From Haloquadratum sp. (lineage in GTDB: Archaea > Halobacteriota > Halobacteria > Halobacteriales > Haloferacaceae): 48,128 bases of DNA. Location: contig JBDGUP010000035.1 in the NCBI GenBank assembly GCA_042215815.1, positions 1 through 48,128 on the forward strand. The letters are read 5' to 3'. A program made the translations under genes and the position numbers. Numbering within the stretch: the stretch's first letter is position 1; the number at the start of each line of letters is the position of its first letter. Below the pieces are notes generated by a model, which was not told where the DNA came from, did not search any database, and worked only from the letters and a program-made list of their open reading frames with translations. This document shows, piece after piece, positions 1 through 9,835 of this stretch.

Positions 1-63
1 TCGCCGTCGTCGATCCCGTCGCCGCCGTCGTCGACCCCGTCGCCGCCGTCGTCGATCCCGTCG
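1..63. repeat. 3 x 21-bp tandem repeat (CCGCCGTCGTCGA(T/C)CCCGTCG), encoding DG(I/V)DDGG on the minus strand
   Basis: Units at 1-21, 22-42 and 43-63 read directly. Confidence 0.85.
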
Positions 64-77
64 GCCGGCCCGTTCAT
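1..77 (-). CDS. N-terminal fragment of a probable CDS running off the window edge (MNGPADGIDDGGDGVDDGGDGIDDG...)
   Basis: ATG at 77 on the minus strand, open to the window edge, acidic Asp/Gly-rich haloarchaeal-type sequence; divergent from the gene at 169. Confidence 0.45.
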   Translation of the reverse strand, partial: MNGPADGIDDGGDGVDDGGDGIDDG

Positions 78-168
78 ACGTGCCCGTCGGCACGCGCCGG
101 CCAAATACCCCGCGGTCGCATATCCTCTCACCAAACACTCAACGGGCCGCGAGGCGAACGATCCGGTG

Positions 169-729
169 ATGTCTTCACCGACGACCCGCTCGCTCCGTAC
201 GCTCCTCGACGACGTCGCCGCCGATCGGGTCGCGCCCGCCGGCGGGACCGGGGCCGCCGTCACCGGCGCGATGGGCGCGGCGCTCTGCGAGATGGTCTGT
301 CTGCACACCGACGCCGGGAATCTCCGGTCGGACCTGGAACGGCGACGGCAGTCCCTCCTCGCTCTCGCCGACCGCGACGCGGCGGTCGTCGACGAACTGT
401 TCGGCGGCGGTCAGGCGGCCGAGGGACCGTCGGCGGACGCGAGACTGCAGAAGCGCGCGACGGGAGTTCCGCTCGCCGTCGCGGAGGCGTCGCTCGCGGT
501 CCTGGCGGGCGCCGATCGGCTACTCGAGGGGGGCCGTTCCGGTGTCCTGGCCGACGCGGAAACGGGCGCCTACCTGGCCGACGCGGCGCTGCGGGCGTCG
601 CTGGCGACGGTCCGGATCAACCTGGACGCGCTTGCGGATCCGGCGTTCGCGGCGACCGTCGCCGATCGAGCCGATTCGATCGAAGGGTCGGCCGCCGAGA
701 CGCGCGCGAGTGTGTTTCATAATGAGTAG
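169..729 (+). CDS. Formiminotransferase-cyclodeaminase C-terminal-like (cyclodeaminase/cyclohydrolase family) protein
   Basis: APAGG-TGAAVTGAMGAALCEMV motif, ADRDA, ATGVPL and VRINL match the FTCD_C family pattern. Confidence 0.75.
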   Translation: MSSPTTRSLRTLLDDVAADRVAPAGGTGAAVTGAMGAALCEMVCLHTDAGNLRSDLERRRQSLLALADRDAAVVDELFGGGQAAEGPSADARLQKRATGVPLAVAEASLAVLAGADRLLEGGRSGVLADAETGAYLADAALRASLATVRINLDALADPAFAATVADRADSIEGSAAETRASVFHNE

Positions 730-1772
730 TCTCTCCCGTCGACGAACCGGAGCCGATAGTCGTAGTACACGTCGTCGTACAGCAGGATCTGCCGCCCGGA
801 TCGGTCGACTCCGGCGTCCTTCTCGACGTTCCCGTCCAGGTACGCCCGCTTGTGCATCGCCCGCAGCACTTCCCGAAAGCCAGCGGAGAAGGGGTGTGGC
901 TCCGCGTAGCCGTCGCGCCGTGCGCGTTCGAGCACGTCCTGGGCGGCCGCCGAGCGGTCCTCGCGCGAGAATCGGGCGTCGACGAACTGCGCTCTGAGGA
1001 TCGACTCCATCTCTCCGGGCGACGCCGCGACCCGGTCGACAGTGGCGCGATAGACCGGTTCGTAGAACCGCTCGCGTTCGGTTTCAACCCGATACCGTCG
1101 GTCGCGGTAGCGGACGGACGAGGGACCGCCGTCGGCCAGTAGTTCGCTCTCGCTGGCGCGGTCTGGGTCCGGATAGACGAAGCCGCCCCGCCGGACGAGT
1201 CCCCACGGCACGCCGCCGGCGTTGCCCCGCGCCCGAGCGGCGAAGTAGGCGACGCGAACGGCTTTCTGGTCTATCTCGGGGAGCTGCGCCGTCGCTACCG
1301 CGCCCGAACCACTCGAACCGGTCGAACCGCCCGCATCGCCCGAACCGCTCGCGCTGGTCGCGTCTCGGTCCCCAGCGGCGTACAGTCGGAGCACGGGATG
1401 GACGGTCTCGACCTCGTCGACGACGACCGATCCCAGGCGGTAGTAGGTCCCGTCTCGCTTCGTGTAGACGGGGTCTTCGGGGATCGACCCGAACGGCTTC
1501 CGACCGCGAGTGGTGTGGGTCTCGCCGTCGAGTGTCGCCTCGAAGGCGGCGTCGTCTTCTGGCCGTCGCGTCGCCGAGAGGTCGGTCACGAACGACTCCC
1601 GGAGGGTCGACCCATCGCGCGAGAGCGTCAGGCGGAGTCGTCGACTGCCGCGCCCGTCGCCGCTTTTCGCGTCGCGGTCGCCGAGGAGACCCAGACAGCC
1701 CGCGGACGCCACGAGCGTCGATACTCCGGCGGCGCCGAGAACCTGTCGTCTGGAGGGGAGGTGTGCTTGCAT
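717..1772 (-). CDS. Tat-exported lipoprotein, function unknown
   Basis: SRRQVL twin-arginine motif, hydrophobic stretch and ASAGC lipobox; Ser/Gly linker; overlaps the convergent gene by 13 nt. Confidence 0.75.
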   Translation of the reverse strand: MQAHLPSRRQVLGAAGVSTLVASAGCLGLLGDRDAKSGDGRGSRRLRLTLSRDGSTLRESFVTDLSATRRPEDDAAFEATLDGETHTTRGRKPFGSIPEDPVYTKRDGTYYRLGSVVVDEVETVHPVLRLYAAGDRDATSASGSGDAGGSTGSSGSGAVATAQLPEIDQKAVRVAYFAARARGNAGGVPWGLVRRGGFVYPDPDRASESELLADGGPSSVRYRDRRYRVETERERFYEPVYRATVDRVAASPGEMESILRAQFVDARFSREDRSAAAQDVLERARRDGYAEPHPFSAGFREVLRAMHKRAYLDGNVEKDAGVDRSGRQILLYDDVYYDYRLRFVDGRDYSL

Positions 1773-1857
1773 ACGGGGAACAGAGGGCGTTTCGGTGACA
1801 CGAAAATAAACCCACCGTCGCGAGCGGCGGGGACGCGCGGAGCGCCGATCCGCCCGG

Positions 1858-2307
1858 TTACGACTCGATCGGCGTCTTCACGACGGTCACCGGCATGTCG
1901 GCCAGTCGGACGACCCGGTCGGTGACGCTGCCGAGGAGGCTCCGGTACTCGTCCGGCCGACGCCGCGTTCCCATAACCACGAGGTCGACGTCGGCGTCGC
2001 GCGCGAACTCGACGATGGTCTCGGGCGGTTGGCCGTGCTCGATGTGCGTTTCGACGTCGACGCCGCGGTCTCGCGCGCGTTCGGCGACCTCGCTCACCGC
2101 GTCTTCGCCGACCTCTTCGAGGCCGTGCTCTGGGCCTTCGCGTTCGTCGACGTACTCGTCGCCGCTGTAGGCGTCGTAGACGTCGCTGTCGACGACGTAG
2201 AGGACGTGAAGCGTCGCGTCGTGGTGCGCTGCGAGTCCGAGTGCGTGATCGACGGCCCGATCCGAGGCCGCTTCGCCGCCGGTCGCGAGCAGTATCTGCT
2301 TGTACAT
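1858..2307 (-). CDS. Universal stress protein (UspA family)
   Basis: MYKQILLATGG start, LHVLYVVD, DLVVMGT and LLGSVTDRVVR motifs; start moved to the ATG at 2307. Confidence 0.9.
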   Translation of the reverse strand: MYKQILLATGGEAASDRAVDHALGLAAHHDATLHVLYVVDSDVYDAYSGDEYVDEREGPEHGLEEVGEDAVSEVAERARDRGVDVETHIEHGQPPETIVEFARDADVDLVVMGTRRRPDEYRSLLGSVTDRVVRLADMPVTVVKTPIES

Positions 2308-2369
2308 ACGTCGAGAGTTTCTCTCGGAGGGTGAAAAATCGTCCTGTTCGCGTCCAGTCAAACTGTAGC

Positions 2370-2640
2370 TCCCAATATAACTATGTATATATAAATAAAA
2401 TAAGATATATGTGCTTCAGATATATTGACGGCACTTGCCGTTTTGGGCCGCGACGGCGAAGTGAGAAGAATCAGGAGGAGTGGGTCCGTTGAGGAAAGAT
2501 ACGCACGAATCAGTCCGTGAGATTGAAAAATCCAAGAGTCTTTCCTTCACGAAAACCGTCGGTGTCGACGTCGAGAGATAACACAAAACCGAGTAGAAGA
2601 AGTAAGTACCGTTGTTTGGAGATATTGACGAGCGGTCTCT
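2370..2640. promoter_or_regulatory. AT-rich divergent intergenic region with TATA-like runs (usp / lutC)
   Basis: TATATATAAATAAAATAAG around 2386-2404 in an otherwise very GC-rich window. Confidence 0.45.
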
Positions 2641-2723
2641 GCCGGACGGGTCGGACTGGCTGTTCGTCGTCGGACACCGTCTGATCGGTAGACCTAAATC
2701 GATCGTGGGACGTGTTCTGATCG

Positions 2724-3233
2724 ATGACAACAGACCCCACAGAGAGCTTCGCGTCCGCGCTCGCGGACGCCGGCGTCGGCTGTACCGTCACGACGGCGAG
2801 CGGATTCGACGAGACCGTCGCCGAGGCCATCGAGCGGCCGGCGGTTGGGGCGCCGCTCGGGCTGGACGCGGTCTCGCTCGCGGAGACGGACGTGACGGTT
2901 CCGCCAACGCCGCGGCTCCTCGAGGCGGCCGAAACGGGTGTCACGCGCGCCCACGCCGGCATCGTCGAACACGGCAGTTTCGTGATCCGGTCCGACGAGG
3001 CGGGGACCGAACCGGTGAGCCTCTATCCCCGGAAGCACGTCGGCGTCCTCCGGGCCAGCGACCTCACCGGGAGTTTCGCGTCCGCGGCGCCGTGGCTCGA
3101 CGACGAGCTGCGAGCCGGTCCCGGATCGGCCGTCGTCGCGACCGGGCCGAGTGCGACTGCCGATATGGGCGAGATCGTCAACGGGGTGCACGGTCCCCAG
3201 GACGTCCACGCGGTCGTTCTCTCCGACAGATGA
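2724..3233 (+). CDS. lutC: LUD-domain protein (LutC/YkgG-like)
   Basis: GPSATADMGEIVNGVHGP C-terminal LUD motif; ATGA overlap with the next gene. Confidence 0.85.
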   Translation: MTTDPTESFASALADAGVGCTVTTASGFDETVAEAIERPAVGAPLGLDAVSLAETDVTVPPTPRLLEAAETGVTRAHAGIVEHGSFVIRSDEAGTEPVSLYPRKHVGVLRASDLTGSFASAAPWLDDELRAGPGSAVVATGPSATADMGEIVNGVHGPQDVHAVVLSDR

Positions 3234-5461
3234 CGAGCGGCGCAGACCGCGAGCGGAAGGCGGCACAGATCAGAGAGACGCTGGCGAGGGAAGGCGAGGC
3301 CGTCTTCGAGAACACGACGCACGCCAACCGGGCCCGGTACGAGGCGAACGCCCGTCGGACCGACATCGAAGAACTGCGGACGGAAGCCCGCGAGATCAAA
3401 GAAGACGCGATCGAGCGGCTCCCCGACCTGATCGAGACGGTCCGCGCGCGCGTCGAGGCGAACGGCGGCGAGGTGTACCTCGCGTCGGACGCCGCCGACG
3501 CGAACCGGTACATCACGGGCGTCGTCGACGACCGCGACGCCGAGGTGGTCGCCAAGTCCAAATCGATGACCTCCGAAGAGATCGGGGTGAACGACGCGCT
3601 CGCGTCGGCGGGCGTGGACGTCTACGAGACCGACCTCGGGGAGTTCGTGATCCAGGTCGCAGACGAGGCGCCCTCACACCTGGTGGGGCCGGCGTTCCAC
3701 AAGTCCACCGACGAGATCGCGACGCTGTTCGAGGCGCACTTCGATCCCGACGACCCGCTGGAGACGCCCGAGGACCTCACCCAGTTCGCCCGCGATTACG
3801 TCGGTCGTCGGATCCGCGAGGCCGACGTCGGAATGACGGGCGCGAACTTCGTGTTCGCGGAGTCGGGGTCGATCGCGATCGTGACGAACGAGGGCAACGC
3901 GCGGAAGTGCGCCGTCACCCCCGACACCCACGTCGCGGTCGCCGGCGTCGAAAAACTGCTCCCGAGCGTCGAGGACCTGCCGCCGTTCGCCGAACTCATC
4001 GCCCGCGCGGCGGGCGGGCAGGACTTCGCGACCTACCTCTCGCTGCTCACGCCGCCGGTGGATTCGCCGGTGGTCGACTTCGACAGCCCCGACGAGCCCC
4101 TGGGACACGGCGACACGGACCGGGAGTTCCACCTGGTCCTCCTGGACAACGGTCGGATGGCGATGCGCGAGGACGACCAGCTCCGCGAGACGCTCTACTG
4201 CATCCGCTGTGGCGCGTGCGCGAACTCGTGTGCGAACTTCCAGCACGTCGGCGGCCACGCCTTCGGCGGCGAGACCTACACGGGCGGGATCGCCACCGGC
4301 TGGGAGGCCGGCGTCCACGGGCTCGACGCGGCGGGCGAGTTCAACGACCTCTGTACCGGCTGCTCGCGGTGCGTCGACGCCTGTCCGGTGAAGATCGACA
4401 TCCCCTGGATCAACACGGTCGTCCGCGACAGGCTCAACCGCGGGGCGGACCCCGACGCGTTCGACGCGCTCGTCTCCGGTCTCACCCCCGACGCGGACCC
4501 CGGCGGCGTCGACCGCCAGAAGCGGCTGTTCGGGAACTTCGGCACCCTCGCCAGACTCGGGAGCGCCACCGCGCCCGTCTCGAACTGGCTCGCCGGGTCT
4601 ACGCCCGTCCGTGTGGCCCTAGAGCGGGTGTTCGGCGTCGATCGGCGGCGCGACCTCCCGTCTTTCGCGCGCGAGACGCTCGTCGAGTGGTTCGAGAGCC
4701 GCGAGGGGCCGGCGGCGTCGACGGCCAGCGGCGCGGCGGCGGACCGCACGGTCGTGCTCTATCCGGACGCCTACACGAACTACGTGCTCACAGAGCGCGG
4801 CAAGGCCGCGGTCAGGACCCTGGAGGCGCTCGGCGCGTCGGTGAGGCTGACCCCGTGTCACGAGAGCGGTCGCGCGCCACTCTCCCAGGGGATGATCGAG
4901 ACCGCTCGCGAGAACGCGGTCCGCGTGGCCGACACACTGGAGCCGCACCTCGAGGCGGACCACGACGTCGTGGTCATCGAACCGTCGGACCTCGCGATGT
5001 TCCGCAACGAGTACGAGCGGCTCCTCGCCCCGGAGCGCGCCGAACGGCTCGCGGCCCACAGCTACGAGGTACTGGAGTACGTCGAAGGCCTCTTGGCCGA
5101 CGGCGCCGACGCGTCCGTCCTGGCGGGAGACGGCGGGAGGGTCGCCTACCACAGCCACTGTCAACAGCGCACACTCGGTGCCGCGGCGGCCACCGAATCG
5201 GTCCTCGACCGACTGGGCTACGACGTCGTCACCTCGGACGCCGAGTGCTGTGGGATGGCCGGCTCGTTCGGGTACAAGGCCGAATACTACGATCTCAGCG
5301 TCGACGTCGGCCGGACGCTCCGCGAGCAGTTCGAGTCGCTCGACGCCGCACCCGACCGAGTGGTCGCCAGCGGGGCGTCGTGTCACGAACAGTTCGGAGC
5401 GCTCTTCGAGCGCGCGGCACCGCACCCGATCGAACTGATCGCTCCCGAGCAATCGGTATGA
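3230..5461 (+). CDS. lutB: LutB-like lactate utilisation Fe-S protein fused to C-terminal CCG (GlpC/LutA-like) domains
   Basis: KSKSMTSEE, ETDLGE, TNEGNA; ferredoxin motifs CIRCGACANSC and CTGCSRCVDACP; HSHCQQ and CCGMAGSFG. Real start is MTSGAD at 3230. Confidence 0.88.
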   Translation: MTSGADRERKAAQIRETLAREGEAVFENTTHANRARYEANARRTDIEELRTEAREIKEDAIERLPDLIETVRARVEANGGEVYLASDAADANRYITGVVDDRDAEVVAKSKSMTSEEIGVNDALASAGVDVYETDLGEFVIQVADEAPSHLVGPAFHKSTDEIATLFEAHFDPDDPLETPEDLTQFARDYVGRRIREADVGMTGANFVFAESGSIAIVTNEGNARKCAVTPDTHVAVAGVEKLLPSVEDLPPFAELIARAAGGQDFATYLSLLTPPVDSPVVDFDSPDEPLGHGDTDREFHLVLLDNGRMAMREDDQLRETLYCIRCGACANSCANFQHVGGHAFGGETYTGGIATGWEAGVHGLDAAGEFNDLCTGCSRCVDACPVKIDIPWINTVVRDRLNRGADPDAFDALVSGLTPDADPGGVDRQKRLFGNFGTLARLGSATAPVSNWLAGSTPVRVALERVFGVDRRRDLPSFARETLVEWFESREGPAASTASGAAADRTVVLYPDAYTNYVLTERGKAAVRTLEALGASVRLTPCHESGRAPLSQGMIETARENAVRVADTLEPHLEADHDVVVIEPSDLAMFRNEYERLLAPERAERLAAHSYEVLEYVEGLLADGADASVLAGDGGRVAYHSHCQQRTLGAAAATESVLDRLGYDVVTSDAECCGMAGSFGYKAEYYDLSVDVGRTLREQFESLDAAPDRVVASGASCHEQFGALFERAAPHPIELIAPEQSV

Positions 5462-5491
5462 GCACCGGAATCGCGAGTCCCCGCACCGGTG

Positions 5492-6283
5492 TCAGGTCCA
5501 CGACAGGATGCGCCGCCGCACCGCTCTGAGCAGCCGGTCGAGCGCGAGACCGACGATCATAATCGCGAAGATCGCGGCGTAGACCTGCGGGGAACTGAAC
5601 TCCCTGACGCCCCTGATCTCCAGGTAGCCGAGACCGCCGCCGCCGGCGACCATCTCGAAGATGAACGTGATGATGAGCGAGATGGGGAGCGCGATCTGGA
5701 TGCCTGTCAGGATTCCCGGCGCGGAGACGGGCACGATCACCTTCCAGAGGAGTTTCCGATCCGAGGTGCCCATCATCCGCGCCGACCAGATGAGGTTCTC
5801 GTCGACGTTCTGGGTGCTGTTGCGGGCGTTGACGGCGATCGGCCAGAAGGTCCCCAGGGCGACGAGGAGGAACTTCGAGACGTCGCCGATGCCGAACCAG
5901 AGGATGAACACCGGGATCAGCGCGATGATGGGAACGGGGTAGCCGACGGCGATGATCGGGTTGAAGAACCACCCGACGATCCGGGACCGCCCACACAGCA
6001 CCCCGATGGGGACGCCGAGGGCGATCGCGATGGCGAGACCGATCATCGCCCGCTTCAGGGTCAGGTAGGCGTGATAGAGCAGGTCGCCCGAGACGAGCAG
6101 CTCGAAGAACAGCCCCAGGACCTCCGACAGCGGGGGGAGGAAGTAGTGGTGGATCAGCCCCAGCTGGGCGACGACCTCCCAGAGGACCAGCACCAACACG
6201 AGCGAGTAGACTGATTTCGCCGCCGAGACGACGGCTCCCGAGACGTCCCGATCGCTCAGGCTCGTCGAACTCGTTAGGTCCAT
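5492..6283 (-). CDS. ABC transporter permease (SsuC/TauC-like)
   Basis: Multiple TM helices, EAA-like loop (SARMMGTSDRKLLWKVIVP), EMVAGGGGLG. Confidence 0.9.
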   Translation of the reverse strand: MDLTSSTSLSDRDVSGAVVSAAKSVYSLVLVLVLWEVVAQLGLIHHYFLPPLSEVLGLFFELLVSGDLLYHAYLTLKRAMIGLAIAIALGVPIGVLCGRSRIVGWFFNPIIAVGYPVPIIALIPVFILWFGIGDVSKFLLVALGTFWPIAVNARNSTQNVDENLIWSARMMGTSDRKLLWKVIVPVSAPGILTGIQIALPISLIITFIFEMVAGGGGLGYLEIRGVREFSSPQVYAAIFAIMIVGLALDRLLRAVRRRILSWT

Positions 6284-7077
6284 ACGACCACCCGCTCTCT
6301 GGCGATCTCGAACCCGCGCACGGCCAGGTACGCGGTCGCCGAGATGACGACGATCACCGCGAACATCGTCCGGTAGTTACCGATCTGTCCCGCTTCGAGA
6401 ATCAGCGCGCCGACGCCCCTGTTCGAGGCGATGAACTCGGCGCTGACGAGCGCGATGAACGCGAAGGGGATCGCCTGCCGAATCCCCGTCAGGATCTCGG
6501 GGATCGTGTCGGGGACGATGACCTTCCAGAGGACCTTCCAGTCGGTCGTGCCCATCATCCGCGCCGACCGAACGAGGTTCTGATTCACCGCCTGGGCCGC
6601 GTTGTAGCTGTTCATCACGATCGGGAGTAGACACGCCAAGAAGACGATCAGGACGGCGGTCTTGGTCCCGATTCCGAGCCAGAGGATCGCCAGCGGCACC
6701 AGCGCGGTTTTCGGGATCGGATACAGCACCGTCAGGAAGATGTCGAAGAAGTTCTCGACGGGACCCGACCGGGCCATCCCGATGCCGAGGAGCACGCCCA
6801 CGACGATGCTGGCACCGAGCCCCCACGCGATCCGATACAGCGAGATCGCCAGGTGCGGATAGATCGTCCCCGAGAGCAGCAACTCGGCGACGACCCCGAC
6901 GATGTCTGTGATCGGCGGAAGCACGCTGGTCGGCACGACGGTCCCGCTGGCGAACTCCCAGCCGATCGCGACGATGCCGATCGGCAACCACTCGACGATG
7001 AACCGCAGGACGCGTCGGGCCTCGCTCGGGAGGTACCCGGACGCGAGTTCTTCCGGAGAGAGGTCTTCGTGAGACAT
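6274..7077 (-). CDS. ABC transporter permease (SsuC/TauC-like), second paralog
   Basis: PIPKTALVPL, SARMMGTT, AEFIASNRGVG; likely start MSHEDL at 7077. Confidence 0.9.
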   Translation of the reverse strand: MSHEDLSPEELASGYLPSEARRVLRFIVEWLPIGIVAIGWEFASGTVVPTSVLPPITDIVGVVAELLLSGTIYPHLAISLYRIAWGLGASIVVGVLLGIGMARSGPVENFFDIFLTVLYPIPKTALVPLAILWLGIGTKTAVLIVFLACLLPIVMNSYNAAQAVNQNLVRSARMMGTTDWKVLWKVIVPDTIPEILTGIRQAIPFAFIALVSAEFIASNRGVGALILEAGQIGNYRTMFAVIVVISATAYLAVRGFEIARERVVVWT

Positions 7078-7079
7078 CG

Positions 7080-7865
7080 TCAGATCTGTGTCCGCTCTTC
7101 GGTCTCCTCGTGGAGGAGTCGCCACACCTCGTTTTTCCGTTCGACGTACCCGTCGGAGGTGATGATCTCCTCGCGGTCGCCCGTCCGGTCGATGTCGATG
7201 TCGAGTACTTCCTTCTTCTTGCCGGGGTGTTGGGTCATAATCAGCACGCGTTCGGAGAGGTAGACGGCCTCTTCGACGTCGTGGGTGATGAAGATGACCG
7301 TTTTGCCGATGTCCCGCCAGATGTCGAGCAGGTGGTCCTGGAGCGCCTCACGCAACGGCTGATCGAGCGCCCCGAACGGCTCGTCCATCAGGAGGATCTG
7401 CGGGTCGTACGCGAGCGTGCGGGCGAGCGCGACCCGCTGTTTCATCCCGCCGGAGAGTTCTTTCGGGTATTTGTCCTCGAACCCGTCGAGTCCCATCATG
7501 TCGATGAACCGCTGGGCGGTCTCGCGCTGTTCGTCCTCGGGGAGACCCTGTTCTTCGAGGCCGTAGGTGACGTTGCCCATCACCGTCCGCCAGGGGAACA
7601 GCGCGTAGTCCTGGAAGACGACCCCGCGATCGGTCCCGGGACCGTCTATCTCGGCGCCGTCGACGGCGATCGACCCCTCCGTCGGGTCGAGAAACCCCGC
7701 GATCAGATACAAGAGCGTGCTTTTCCCGCACCCGCTCGGTCCGACGACCGTGAGAAACTCGCCCCCTTCGGCCTCGAACGAGAGATCGTCGATCGCCTTC
7801 GTCCGCTCGGGGCCGGAGCCGTAGGTCTTGACGAGGTTTGAAACGGTAACGTGGCCGTCTGGCAT
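7080..7865 (-). CDS. ABC transporter ATP-binding protein (SsuB/TauB/NrtD-like)
   Basis: Walker [10 protein letters not shown], signature LSGGMKQR, Walker [13 protein letters not shown]-loop ITHD. Confidence 0.95.
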   Translation of the reverse strand: MPDGHVTVSNLVKTYGSGPERTKAIDDLSFEAEGGEFLTVVGPSGCGKSTLLYLIAGFLDPTEGSIAVDGAEIDGPGTDRGVVFQDYALFPWRTVMGNVTYGLEEQGLPEDEQRETAQRFIDMMGLDGFEDKYPKELSGGMKQRVALARTLAYDPQILLMDEPFGALDQPLREALQDHLLDIWRDIGKTVIFITHDVEEAVYLSERVLIMTQHPGKKKEVLDIDIDRTGDREEIITSDGYVERKNEVWRLLHEETEERTQI

Positions 7866-8023
7866 AGGGCCACGTTACATAATCGAGTATAATAATCTTT
7901 GGTAGTCGATACTCGGCCGGCGCGGTATCGCGTGCCGGAAGAGCGCCGACTCGTCACGCCTCCCCCGTCGTCAGGCGAAACCCAGGGGTAATTTTTTCTC
8001 CCCCTGGTTTCATTCACGATTGT

Positions 8024-9040
8024 ATGTCGGAATTACCCAGCAGCAGACGGAAGTTCATCAAATCGGGCGTTGCAACGGGCATCGGAATGGGCGCCCTCTC
8101 GGGGTGCATCGGCGGCGGCGGAGGCGGCGGGCCGACCCCGCTGTCGCTGGCGTTCACCGTGCCGGTCGAGAACATCTCGTCGCTTATGGGGATCCCCGAG
8201 ATCCAAAAGGAGCTGTCGAACCTGGGCGAGGCCTACACGCTGAGCGTCTCCCGGAACTCCGCGACGCCGGACACGCTGAACCAGATGGCCGCGGGCGAGG
8301 TCGATATCGGGCTGCTCTCGTCGGTGAGTTTCTCGAACGCCGTCATCAAGGAGGCCGTCCCAGGCAACATCCAGCTCATCGCGACGGACTTCTGGGACGC
8401 CCATCCCGACTGGTACGGCTTCGAGGTGTACTCGATGCCGGATTCGGGCATCACCGAGCCCGAGGACATGGAGGGGAAAAAGGTCGCGACGAACGCGACC
8501 GGCACCGGGACGCACGCGGTGTATGTGAAGATGTTCGAGAAGATCGGTCTCACGCCCGGTGAGAACGTCGAGATCGTCGAACTCGGCTTCCCCAATATGA
8601 CGGCGGCACTCAAGGAGGGCCGCATCGACTGCGCGATGTATCCGGCCCTCTTCGCGCCGCAGGCCCGCGGTGCCGGCTTCAACCTCGTGTTCAGCAGTCA
8701 GGACGTCTGGGAGCGGTATCCGTTCGCGTATCTCACCACGCCGAACAGCGTCATCGACAAGAAGAAAGACGCCCTCGATGCGTGGGGGAAAGACTACCTC
8801 TCGCTCCTCGATTACGTGTACAACAACCGCGACACGGTCGTCGGGCTGGCGGCCGAGCACTTCGGTATCCCCGAGAAAGTGATCGACGCGTTCTTCCTGA
8901 CCCACAACGACTACTTCCGCAAGGATCCGGTCACCAGCGTCCAACGGATGCAGGAGGTCGTCAACGACCTGGCGCAACTCGGGATGATCGAGAAATTCCA
9001 GGTCGACGGCTACATCGACAACCAGTTCATCAAGCAGTGA
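8024..9040 (+). CDS. ABC substrate-binding Tat lipoprotein (SsuA/NMT1-like)
   Basis: SRRKFI and LSGC lipobox; ITEPEDMEGKKVA and ALKEGRIDCA typical of NMT1/SsuA family; divergent from the ABC membrane genes. Confidence 0.85.
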   Translation: MSELPSSRRKFIKSGVATGIGMGALSGCIGGGGGGGPTPLSLAFTVPVENISSLMGIPEIQKELSNLGEAYTLSVSRNSATPDTLNQMAAGEVDIGLLSSVSFSNAVIKEAVPGNIQLIATDFWDAHPDWYGFEVYSMPDSGITEPEDMEGKKVATNATGTGTHAVYVKMFEKIGLTPGENVEIVELGFPNMTAALKEGRIDCAMYPALFAPQARGAGFNLVFSSQDVWERYPFAYLTTPNSVIDKKKDALDAWGKDYLSLLDYVYNNRDTVVGLAAEHFGIPEKVIDAFFLTHNDYFRKDPVTSVQRMQEVVNDLAQLGMIEKFQVDGYIDNQFIKQ

Positions 9041-9092
9041 TACCGACAGCTCTCGTCTCTTCTCGGTGATCACGCCGCTTTGGGCGATCACG
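9041..9092. mobile_element. Partial palindromic element, subtype 3 left half, starting right after the TGA stop of the SBP gene
   Basis: TGA|TACCGACAGCTCTCGTCTCTTCTCGGTGATC resembles TAATGACTAGTCTCGTCTCTTACCGGTGATC at 45264. Confidence 0.55.
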
Positions 9093-9097
9093 CCGCG

Positions 9098-9598
9098 TCA
9101 TCCTTCGGACATCACCGTCACCACCGGCTGGTCTGCGGAGAGCAGGAGCGACTGGGTGTTGCTCCCGAAGACGGCCTTCCCGACCGGCGTCCGCTTCCGC
9201 CCGCCGATGACGAGATAGCGCGCCCCCCGTCTGTCGGCCTCGGCCAGGATCTCTTCGACGGGTTCGCCGACGCGTCCCTCGACGGTCACGTCCGACGGAT
9301 CGTCGAGCGTCGCGGTGACGACGTCGCGGGCGACGCCCCGGGCGTGCCGTTCGCCGTCGTCGATCGTGTACTCTTCGACTCGCTCGTGGGGTTTGACCTC
9401 CTCGCTCCCGTACGGGACCGGCGTCGCGACGGTCCGAGGAGACGATCCGCCGGCGGCCGATCGGAAGTCCTCGAAGACGTCTTGCGGCATCACGTGGAGG
9501 GCCACGTGGTCGACGCCGAACGCGGCCGAAAGCTCCGCCCCCTTCTCGACGGGGCGACTCGGAGTCGTTTCGCCGTCGACGGCTGTGAGTATCGTCAT
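9098..9598 (-). CDS. Universal stress protein (UspA family)
   Basis: MTILTAVDG; LVIGGRKRTPVGKAVFGSNTQSLLL. Confidence 0.9.
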   Translation of the reverse strand: MTILTAVDGETTPSRPVEKGAELSAAFGVDHVALHVMPQDVFEDFRSAAGGSSPRTVATPVPYGSEEVKPHERVEEYTIDDGERHARGVARDVVTATLDDPSDVTVEGRVGEPVEEILAEADRRGARYLVIGGRKRTPVGKAVFGSNTQSLLLSADQPVVTVMSEG

Positions 9599-9679
9599 TA
9601 TGGACGAATGCGATCGACGGCTAATAAATCGTGGTGCCGGGTGCCCCCGGGGCGGCGGTCGGGGTCGCGAGACGAATCA

Positions 9680-9800
9680 TACTGTCGGACAGAACTCTGT
9701 GATAATGACGGTTGTAACTTTGTACTGGTGCTCGCTGCCCCGGTGTCGGCGAGCACCGGGAAGAGACGACAACCGTCAGTATGACGCGTCTCCGCACAGG
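9680..9800. mobile_element. Nested palindromic elements: complete subtype-2 element (9703-9781, TGA duplicated at 9700-9702 and 9782-9784) inserted in a subtype-4 half element
   Basis: TIRs TAATGACGGTTGT / ACAACCGTCAGTA; inner stem GGTGCTCGC/GCGAGCACC; the rejoined flanks match the subtype-4 arm at 44103-44182. Confidence 0.85.
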
Positions 9801-9835
9801 GAAATACTGAAAGGCCTGTGCGTCGACCGACTGGT

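Noticed and set aside
2612-3229. N-terminal 206 aa of the 949-aa ORF, suggesting a larger fusion or frameshift
   Set aside because: Overlaps lutC in another frame and is Arg-rich; the ATGA overlap at 3230 gives a natural lutB start
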